64,000 bases of DNA from IMG/VR virus record IMGVR_UViG_2562617158_000001, positions 1 to 64,000 of that record; one strand, written 5' to 3'. This stretch comes from a virus (Duplodnaviria; Caudoviricetes). This document shows, piece after piece, positions 27,823 through 35,210 of the stretch (the first letter of the stretch is position 1; every line of letters starts with the position of its first letter). The notes beneath the pieces are model-generated. The model was given only the letters and a program-made list of their open reading frames with translations, made no database searches and was not told the origin of the DNA. Position numbers and translations under genes: made by a program.

Positions 27823-28292
27823 ATTACCAAGTCGAGTGAAGGTGGAGCCGTAGTATGCGTTGAGTGTCAATGCTACGCAGGCGTGAGCCATCGCATTTCT
27901 CTCTTCTTTTCCTTGGCCTACATTGTAAGTCAGAAACCTCCCTGCCTGACCGTAGGAAGTCGGGCTATTCAATCTTTACGTCCATGGCGTAAGTCAGAGT
28001 CATGCATAGATACCCATTGGGCAGCAGTGACAGCGTAAAGAGAGAAGAAAAGGAAGTGCCCCGGGGATAGTGTATCTTCACGGGGGATTACAGGGGGACA
28101 TAGAGATACAATAGAGTATACTATAGTAACTCATTGGATATACATTGAATCTCTATAGATAACATTGTATTCAACGATAAGCGTATAGTCTTTAAACATA
28201 GTCCTTCCGTTGATAACAATGATTCTTATAGAGTTAATGGTTAGACAATGTAAGGCAATAGGGTTGCATTCCTTCCCTTGATTAAATAAATT

Positions 28293-28322
28293 ACTTACGA
28301 AGTAAGTGTTTGCGATAGCAAA
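28293..28322 (+). repeat. Tandem mini-hairpin pair ACTTAC-GAA-GTAAGT / TTTGC-GATA-GCAAA
   Basis: Read directly; related pairs at 52263-52293 (+) and 52440-52470 (-). Confidence 0.8.
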
Positions 28323-28489
28323 CTTGAACCTTGATATACCTATGTACTCATTGAGATGAGTATAGTGTTCCAATGAATCTGATTGGAAACCGTTAGTGAA
28401 CTATGTTTAAAGAACATAGTCTTTACAACAGAATACAATAACACTCATTGTATACTATAGATATACAATGTATATACATAGTATAGCCA

Positions 28490-28518
28490 TGACCATAGAA
28501 CTCTATGGTCTTTTTTAT
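28490..28518 (+). terminator. Intrinsic terminator
   Basis: GACCATAG-AACT-CTATGGTC followed by T-tract. Confidence 0.7.
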
Positions 28519-28532
28519 TAGGAGGACATAAC

Positions 28533-29195
28533 ATGAATGACAAAGAAATTCCGCTGTTCAACAAGGATCGTGACCGTTTCTATAAGAAGATGTCCAATGA
28601 ACAACATGTGATGTTCGATAGCATCCTTGAGGTTCCATTTACCTTTGTAGAAGCCAAAGCAGGCTCTGGCAAGACAACTGTTGCATTTGCTGCTGGCATT
28701 GATATGCTCGCCAATGGTGTCATCAGTAAAATCATCTATATCATCAAGCCATCCAAGCGCAGCTATGCCAACGGATACTTACCAGGAGACCTTGAACAGA
28801 AAACAGCGCAATTATACTATGCTGCATATGACGCACTGGAAGTCCTTGGATTTTCACAGAGGGATATCCAGGCACTCATCAATACAGAACAGGTCATGCT
28901 CATTACAGACAATAATCTCCGTGGCGTGAACCTTATGGATTGCCTTGTCATCATCGACGAGGGACAGAACATGGGCGTGAGTGACTTACGATTGGTGTTG
29001 ACGCGCATTCATGATGATTCTAAGTGTGTATTGCTTGGTGATTCTCGACAGAGTGACAATCCAGGCAACAAGGAGCATTGCTTTGTTGACTATGGAAACT
29101 ACATGGTTGAGCACATTGGACGCAAGGTTGAGCTGACACGGAACTTCCGTGGACGTTTATCGAGGATTGCAGAGGAATACGAACCATTAGATTGA
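28533..29195 (+). CDS. phoH: PhoH-family ATPase
   Basis: AKAGSGKT, GYLPGDL, LRG.NL, IIDEGQN, LTRI, LLGD..Q.D. Confidence 0.9.
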   Translation: MNDKEIPLFNKDRDRFYKKMSNEQHVMFDSILEVPFTFVEAKAGSGKTTVAFAAGIDMLANGVISKIIYIIKPSKRSYANGYLPGDLEQKTAQLYYAAYDALEVLGFSQRDIQALINTEQVMLITDNNLRGVNLMDCLVIIDEGQNMGVSDLRLVLTRIHDDSKCVLLGDSRQSDNPGNKEHCFVDYGNYMVEHIGRKVELTRNFRGRLSRIAEEYEPLD

Positions 29196-29214
29196 ATTAT
29201 AAGGGGATGTTTAT

Positions 29215-29388
29215 TTGATATATATCACGATTCATGATGATAGCATTGAGGGTGCGTTGAAGGATATGACGGTGCGTGTGGATGATAATGGAAATCCCGC
29301 AGAGGTTTCGCACAAAGTCCAAGAAAAAGCCAACGAGCTGTTTACGGACTGGAATAATAAGCGTATGGAGGTGGAGCCTGATGAATAA
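29215..29388 (+). CDS. Hypothetical protein (57 aa, TTG start, not in ORF track)
   Basis: RBS AAGGGG; open frame ending EVEPDE. Confidence 0.45.
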   Translation: MIYITIHDDSIEGALKDMTVRVDDNGNPAEVSHKVQEKANELFTDWNNKRMEVEPDE

Positions 29389-29569
29389 TGGCGCATTACT
29401 AATTCTCTTTGGTGTTCTCATGGCAGTTGTATCTCTGCTCTGTGCAAATAGCGTGCAGATGTTCAGAGCAACCGTGTGTGTTATGCTCCTCGTAGCAAAT
29501 ATTGGTATTTTGGCACTCGTTGCGGCTAGTTTTGAGGTCGTAGACGGGGATGACGAGGAGAAAAAATGA
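29381..29569 (+). CDS. Small membrane protein (2 TM)
   Basis: RBS GGAGG; hydrophobic MNNGALLILFGVLMAV. Confidence 0.6.
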   Translation: MNNGALLILFGVLMAVVSLLCANSVQMFRATVCVMLLVANIGILALVAASFEVVDGDDEEKK

Positions 29570-30512
29570 ACCACACAAAAGACGAATTAAAGGAACTCCA
29601 GTCGCTCCCCTTGGTAGATAAGGTGGCGTTAACAAAGTTAAGAATCACTGAATGGCACGAGCATTATAACGGCAAAGTGTATGTAAGCTTTAGTGGCGGC
29701 AAGGACTCCTCTGTATTACTTCACATCGCAAGGGAAATTTACCCAGAAGTGGGGGGGTATTTGTTGATACTGGCTTAGAGTTTCCAGAAGTTAAAGACCA
29801 TGTAAAGTCATTTGAAAATATTACAATCATACGTCCAAAGAAGTCCTTTGCTCAAGTGATTCAAGATGAAGGTTTGGTATTTCCGTCTAAGGAGGTTGCT
29901 CTAGACGTTTATTATGCTCGAAAAGGCTCTCTGTGGGCAATCAACAAATTTAATGGGCTTGATAGGCATGGAAACAAGGATGCCTACAAGCAGTCCAGTA
30001 TGAAATGGAAATGGTTGATTGGTTCGCCGTACAAGATTAGCCCCTTCTGTTGCGACATAATGAAAAAGAAACCCGCTCATCAGTACACAAAACAGACTGG
30101 TGAGTTTCCGATACTAGCAACAATGGCTTCCGAGTCCAGGCTGAGGTATAATGCATGGATAAAGACAGGCTGCAATGCGTTTGATGCGACGTATCCATCG
30201 TCTAAGCCAATGAGTTTTTGGACAAATCAAGATGTCCTTGAATACATTGCTTATCATCGTGTGAAAATCCCTAGCGTCTATGGGAATGTTGTAAAATCTA
30301 AGAATGGGAAATACGCAACAACGGGGGAAGATAGGACTGGCTGTGTATTTTGCCCGATTGGATGTCATCTTGAAAAGGGAGATAGCCGTAGGTTTGTGCG
30401 ACTGTCTAAGACGCATCCCAAGCTGTACGACTATTGCATGAACAAACTAGGAATGAAAGAACTACTTGATGCAATCCAAGAACATACTGGATGTGAAAAG
30501 CTTTATGTATGA
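29566..30512 (+). pseudogene. PAPS-reductase/DndC-like PP-loop protein, frameshifted at a G7 tract (29751-29757)
   Basis: SFSGGKDS in upstream ORF; adding one G joins it to VFVDTGLEFPE...CC..MKKKP...RTGCVFCP of the downstream ORF. Confidence 0.85.
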
Positions 30513-30705
30513 TAAGATTAGCTGCTTTGCAGATTGTGGCAGTGAGTGCCTTATAATGCGTGTTCCGTATGATATTGCAGCCACGATGATGAAGAATATG
30601 CCTGAATCTGATGCTAAAAACCAACTCATAGAGCGTGCAAGGGTGGCTTCTAGGCGTTCAAAGATATTGAAATCGGCTCTCGATGAAATTTTTGAAAAAA
30701 AATAA
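30505..30705 (+). CDS. Hypothetical protein
   Basis: Overlaps upstream stop; MYDKISCF. Confidence 0.5.
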   Translation: MYDKISCFADCGSECLIMRVPYDIAATMMKNMPESDAKNQLIERARVASRRSKILKSALDEIFEKK

Positions 30706-30720
30706 AAAAAATTACAAAAC

Positions 30721-30770
30721 ACCGAACAATTACCCCCATTTTTATACATTATATATAGAGGGGTAATTTT
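30721..30770 (+). promoter_or_regulatory. Phage-specific promoter-like motif, copy 2
   Basis: ACCGAACAA-N16-ACATTATATATAGAGGGGTAATTTT. Confidence 0.7.
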
Positions 30771-30997
30771 ATATGATTATCACTCGTAGACACGGTTCGC
30801 CTCCTTACCGTGTCTATTTTCATGTCCAAGAGGCATAGGTGGGAAACTATTGTACACTCCCACCACCTACCGTCATAACGACGAACACGGTATATGGATT
30901 TCCCCTTTCGTTCATATGCCGTTACCATGGCAGGGACAAGGTTAATGCCTTGAATCTGCATTGAACGAGAATGGGGATGTGTAGAAAGGGAATTGAT

Positions 30998-31588
30998 ATG
31001 AATGAGAATTTTGGCGCGGTCGCTCATGTTGAATCTTACGGAGTGACCGTTAGTATTTATGGAACGTTACGGATGCCCTTTGTTAAGGCAATGGACTTAG
31101 CTGATTGGATTGACCATCGGTTAGGCCGTACAGAGGTCATGGTTGAGACGTTGGGTATCAGTCCATATCGTGATGAAAACAATGAGCCGTATTATACATT
31201 GCGGACAGCTGCAAAAACAATCCTTGAATATTTCCCTAGAGGAAATGGCAAGGCTTTCCTTGATGTGATTCATCGGAAACTCAAGTACCTCAATGTACGT
31301 GATGGACGAGAGTATATGAATCATGTTGATGATGATAAGGTATTCTCCATGAATCAGTTTGCAGGAACTGTATGGAATAGATTCAGTATTGGACACAACA
31401 AGCTGTATCGTTGGATGGTGAATCATGGATATATCTATAAGACACCTGAGAACAAATACATGCCATATCAGCGTTACATTGACTATGGATGGTTTATTGT
31501 CAATCCGCTGAAAGACGATAGGTCCTATACGGAAATCACGAGTTTAGGATCGTTGGTGTTGATGGAATCTCTAGAGCGTCACAACTGA
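30998..31588 (+). CDS. Antirepressor-like protein with KilA-C (ANT) C-terminus
   Basis: IGHNKLYRWM..GYIYK..NKYMPYQRYIDYGWF, TEITSLG. Confidence 0.7.
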   Translation: MNENFGAVAHVESYGVTVSIYGTLRMPFVKAMDLADWIDHRLGRTEVMVETLGISPYRDENNEPYYTLRTAAKTILEYFPRGNGKAFLDVIHRKLKYLNVRDGREYMNHVDDDKVFSMNQFAGTVWNRFSIGHNKLYRWMVNHGYIYKTPENKYMPYQRYIDYGWFIVNPLKDDRSYTEITSLGSLVLMESLERHN

Positions 31589-31602
31589 CGCTCTTTTGTT
31601 TT
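31574..31602 (+). terminator. Intrinsic terminator
   Basis: GAGCGTCA-CAAC-TGACGCTC-TTTTGTTTT. Confidence 0.7.
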
Positions 31603-31604
31603 AT

Positions 31605-31622
31605 AGGAGTGTAGCCAAGTGG
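31605..31622 (+). pseudogene. 5' fragment of split tRNA (acceptor strand + D arm start)
   Basis: AGGAGTG-TA-GCCAAGTGG; pairs with CACTTCT-G-CCA at 32483-32493. Confidence 0.75.
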
Positions 31623-31648
31623 CTATGTGTTAAAGATATGAATATTAT

Positions 31649-31723
31649 AGGGATATAGTTTAATGGTTAAAACGATTGACTTTGAATCAATAGATTTCAG
31701 TTCGATTCTGAATATCTCCGCCA
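31649..31723 (+). tRNA. tRNA-Gln(TTG)
   Basis: Cloverleaf; ATTGA-CTTTGAA-TCAAT anticodon arm, TTCAG-TTCGATT-CTGAA T arm, G73, encoded CCA. Confidence 0.9.
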
Positions 31724-31755
31724 TTGATATGTTTTTTAATACTTGGTGATGAATA

Positions 31756-32454
31756 TTGACAAAATACGATTATAGTAGAGAGAACTTAGCTAAAATAGTC
31801 TCTCAGTCTGAATCTATTTCTGATGTTGCAAGAGCCTTAGGAATGACTACGAAGGGTGCAAACCATAATACGTTAAAAAGAAAAATTAACGAATTTGATT
31901 TGGACACAAGTCATTTTAAAGGGAAAGGATGGAGCAAGGGCAGGAGCCTTGAAAAAGTACCTATAGAAGATTATTTAAATAATACCAGAAAAATATCTTC
32001 ATGGAAATTAAAAAATAGACTTCTAGAAGAGCATTTGAAAGAAAATGTTTGTGAAATATGCGGCATATCAGAATGGAATGGAAAGCCAATTTCTTGTCAA
32101 CTACACCATAAAGATGGAGATAATACTAATAATTCATTAGATAATCTACAAATGTTATGCCCCAATTGCCATAGTCAAACAGATAATTTTGCAGGGAGGA
32201 AAAATCGTAAACATAGTGCGAGGAGACGTAAGCATATATCAAATATTGATAGAGCACTAACAAAAGAAGAACGGAGTAAGATAAATCAACACCCTCGACT
32301 AGGGCTTAGACGGGTAGCTAGGCCAAGCTATTTACAATTTAAGAAAGAATTAACGGAATTTAATAATAACTATTGTGCGATGGCAAGAAAGTATGGTATT
32401 TCTGATAGTGCTATAAGAAAGTGGGAGAAATCCTATAAAAAATATGGGGTTTAG
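31756..32454 (+). CDS. HNH homing endonuclease with HTH-like N- and C-terminal domains
   Basis: CEICG...LHHKDGDNTNNSLDNLQMLCPNCHSQT; visibly more AT-rich than flanks. Confidence 0.9.
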   Translation: MTKYDYSRENLAKIVSQSESISDVARALGMTTKGANHNTLKRKINEFDLDTSHFKGKGWSKGRSLEKVPIEDYLNNTRKISSWKLKNRLLEEHLKENVCEICGISEWNGKPISCQLHHKDGDNTNNSLDNLQMLCPNCHSQTDNFAGRKNRKHSARRRKHISNIDRALTKEERSKINQHPRLGLRRVARPSYLQFKKELTEFNNNYCAMARKYGISDSAIRKWEKSYKKYGV

Positions 32455-32493
32455 GTCCTGCATCCGTTGGTTCGAATCCAACCACTTCTGCCA
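32448..32493 (+). pseudogene. 3' fragment of split tRNA (Gln-like)
   Basis: GG-TTTAGGT-CCTGC-ATCC-GTTGG-TTCGAAT-CCAAC-CACTTCT-G-CCA. Confidence 0.8.
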
Positions 32494-32499
32494 ATATGA

Positions 32500-32910
32500 A
32501 ATTACATGAAATAGCCATCGGTATGTCTGTGAACAGAATCCGTAGAATGGGCGTTGGCATTCCTAGACCTTGCGGAGGGGTCTATAATATCTAACCGTAA
32601 ATGTCATCGGGGTTTTCACAGGGATTCCGATGACTACATAGATTATTACACTGTATGCATAAAAGCATGGTTCGCTATGAGAATCATTGCTAACCCATAT
32701 GGTGTTCATCACGGTGAGTCGGGGTAGCTCCCCATAGACAGGTTTCCATTCCTTCCCCTGTCAGCTCACCGTTATTTATGACAAGAACAAGGTTAACGCC
32801 TTGTGATTGCGAACATGATATGTGAAAGCTGAAAATTCAGCTGTAACCTATTTAGCTCGTCCGCAACAATGCGGAATCGAGTATCTGGGGTCGTAAGACG
32901 CGACCCCTGC
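32500..32910 (+). ncRNA. Array of hairpins / putative small structured RNAs
   Basis: Stems at 32603-32634, three-way junction 32711-32772, 32787-32803, 32855-32882, 32887-32907; no good ORF. Confidence 0.45.
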
Positions 32911-32914
32911 TTAT

Positions 32915-33031
32915 GTCGTAGTAGCTCAAGGGATGGACATTCCATCTGTGGCGAGAGCAAAGGAGCATATGCTTAACGAGGTGCACATCGTTAATTAATC
33001 CTTGATACGGGTTCGAGTCCCGTCTATGGCT
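32915..33031 (+). ncRNA. tRNA-like RNA with hairpin insertions in D loop and anticodon loop
   Basis: GTCGTAG/CTATGGC acceptor, GCTC/GAGC D stem, AAGGA/TCCTT anticodon stem, ACGGG-TTCGAGT-CCCGT T arm; no encoded CCA. Confidence 0.75.
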
Positions 33032-33037
33032 TATTAT

Positions 33038-33112
33038 GCCAATGTGGCGCAATGGTAGCGCAGCGCACCTGTAATGCGAAGGTTGTCAGTTCAATCCTGA
33101 CCATTGGCTCCA
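33038..33112 (+). tRNA. tRNA-Thr(TGT)
   Basis: GCCAATG/CATTGGC acceptor, loop CCTGTAA (C at 33), T arm GTCAG-TTCAATC-CTGAC, encoded CCA. Confidence 0.88.
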
Positions 33113-33144
33113 TTAAAAAACAATACACAGAAAGGGTTTATCAT

Positions 33145-33438
33145 ATGGATGACTACAGAGTACCAACGGATGAACAGGAGACAGTTATTCAATTTGACCG
33201 CAATGGCACGGTTTGCCATGTCTATACAACAGACCTCACTGTGATGACAAAGCTTGATAAGAAATACAAGCGTGTCAAACAGGATTATGTTAATAGAAAG
33301 CCCATTGCGGCGTACTATGAGTTTGATAAGAGACTACTGTCGTTTCGCTCTAAGGTAATGAAAAAGAATCTTTCCGATGAAGAAAAGAAAAAAGCTAGAG
33401 AACAATTAGCGAAGAACAGAAAAATGAAAGGAAAGTAA
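33145..33438 (+). CDS. Hypothetical phage protein
   Basis: RBS AAAGGG; QETVIQFD...HVYTT. Confidence 0.65.
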   Translation: MDDYRVPTDEQETVIQFDRNGTVCHVYTTDLTVMTKLDKKYKRVKQDYVNRKPIAAYYEFDKRLLSFRSKVMKKNLSDEEKKKAREQLAKNRKMKGK

Positions 33439-33541
33439 TTTCAATTCTATGTCAAATTTTTAGGTAATACAACCTATATTTGCCTTGTCCTTCCGTTGGC
33501 CTATATAGTTAGACCTATTGGAAAAACAAGGAGGAATTTCT

Positions 33542-34189
33542 ATGGCAAACAAGCATCCAGTGCCACCACCACCGAGAATCAATCGAGCAGACCATCCGCA
33601 TTTTGAATCTGCGGGTATGACATTGGTCGAACAGTACAACCTGACAAACCTTGTCCGTGAAAAGCGCATGCAGGGCATGAGTTACCGTGAGTTGACGGAT
33701 TACATCAATAACACAAAGGGACTCATTCCGAACAACTATAAGATTTCACACAATTCTATTGCGCGTTACTGTAGAGACCACGGACTTGGCGGGGATGTCT
33801 CTGAGCAATCCAATGATGAAGCTGTGAATGTATATAGAGAGAATTGTAAATCTCTCCATGACATCAACACAGCTCTCGATATCATCTCTGTACAACTCGA
33901 TGAAATGAATAAACAGGTTGGCAAGGGTTCCGTCAATGTAAAGGACCTGAGTGTCATGATTAACTCGTTGGATAAGCTCACACTGCGCCGTCAAACGCTC
34001 ACGGCATCCATCGGAGAGATGCAGGAGAAAGTATACAAATACGAGACGATCTCTCGTATCATTGGCACAGTGATGGCAAAGGTATCTGTATGGATTACAC
34101 CAGAACAGTATGAAGAACTCAAAGATATGCTTCGCCAGGACCCGATTCTCTGTGAAGCATTACGTGAAGTTGCACCATCTAACATTTAA
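33542..34189 (+). CDS. Putative terminase small subunit
   Basis: N-terminal HTH-like (GMSYRELTDYI..ISHNSIARY), helical C-term, upstream of terL. Confidence 0.6.
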   Translation: MANKHPVPPPPRINRADHPHFESAGMTLVEQYNLTNLVREKRMQGMSYRELTDYINNTKGLIPNNYKISHNSIARYCRDHGLGGDVSEQSNDEAVNVYRENCKSLHDINTALDIISVQLDEMNKQVGKGSVNVKDLSVMINSLDKLTLRRQTLTASIGEMQEKVYKYETISRIIGTVMAKVSVWITPEQYEELKDMLRQDPILCEALREVAPSNI

Positions 34190-34200
34190 GGAGGATAACC

Positions 34201-34329
34201 ATGTCGATGGAAGAGAAGAACAGGCGCATGAACCATGTGAAGAAAGGCAAAGATGTTCGGCGTACCGTGAAGAATAGAGAGGATAAGAAATGGGCGAAAA
34301 AGGAAATCATGCAGTACAAGACACGGTGA
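34201..34329 (+). CDS. Small basic peptide (42 aa, not in ORF track)
   Basis: RBS AAGGAGG; MSMEEKNRRMNHVKKGK. Confidence 0.4.
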   Translation: MSMEEKNRRMNHVKKGKDVRRTVKNREDKKWAKKEIMQYKTR

Positions 34330-35195
34330 TTGTTGATGGAGATGTCTATATGGACAGCCGTGTGATTGCATGGGAGTTGCACCGCGCTCACAAGGATATC
34401 CTCGAAAAGGTACGTAGGTACACAACGGATTCCCTTGATTCTTACTATATAGACAAACAAGGGAAAAGACGAACGTCATATCTTGTCTCTCGTGATGGTT
34501 TTATCTTGATGAATATACAAGGACGCGTCGATGAACGACTCAGGATTCTCCATCGTTATGACATGGCTAAATCCGTAACAACTATTGATAAACAGCTCAA
34601 TGCATTACGTCACGATCTTAATGAATCTGGTGTTGTCCGTCCATGGATTAATCCAAGGTATCAGCTTGATAATCTCAAGTCCATCTACAAGGATGTGACT
34701 GGTGATGATACGCCGAGAGGTTTCTATGATTCCATCGGTGATTGGATGGGTATCAATGTACCCTATAGCCATCGTTTGAAAATCACTGTACGGGATTGGA
34801 TTTTACAGAATATCCCGATTGAGAAAATCAAGGAATTCGTCACAGGTATTCAATCACACACCATTGTCCGTAGCGAACGAGGGCATTGGATTTGTCTTGG
34901 CGGATTCGACAACAACACCGTTGAATGGGACAAGATTGTCAATGAATTCCATGGAAAGTGCGCATACTGTGGCGAAGAGAAGCCATTGTTGCCAGAGCAT
35001 ATCATTCCGCAAACAGTGCTCAGTAAGGAGCATCCAGAGCTTGTCGATAGGATTCAGAATGTTGTTCCTAGCTGCTCTGATTGTAACCATAGCAAATTAC
35101 GGTACAACTGGGAGCGATGGTTTAAGAGTCAACCATTCTATACAGAGTCCCGTTTCAATGCGATAAAAAGACATATTAACAAATACAAGATGTAA
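34290..35195 (+). CDS. Rha-like N-terminal domain fused to C-terminal HNH nuclease
   Basis: DSRVIA..HKDILEKVR..YIDKQGK..YLVSRDGF; CAYCG..EHIIP..NVVPSCSDCNHSK; start may be further downstream. Confidence 0.8.
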   Translation: MGEKGNHAVQDTVIVDGDVYMDSRVIAWELHRAHKDILEKVRRYTTDSLDSYYIDKQGKRRTSYLVSRDGFILMNIQGRVDERLRILHRYDMAKSVTTIDKQLNALRHDLNESGVVRPWINPRYQLDNLKSIYKDVTGDDTPRGFYDSIGDWMGINVPYSHRLKITVRDWILQNIPIEKIKEFVTGIQSHTIVRSERGHWICLGGFDNNTVEWDKIVNEFHGKCAYCGEEKPLLPEHIIPQTVLSKEHPELVDRIQNVVPSCSDCNHSKLRYNWERWFKSQPFYTESRFNAIKRHINKYKM

Positions 35196-35210
35196 GGGAG
35201 GTGTCAAAGA

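Noticed and set aside
32448-32493. Calling the 3' fragment a functional tRNA-Leu(TAG)
   Set aside because: It lacks a contiguous 5' half and the long variable arm of Leu tRNAs; its D and T arms look Gln-like
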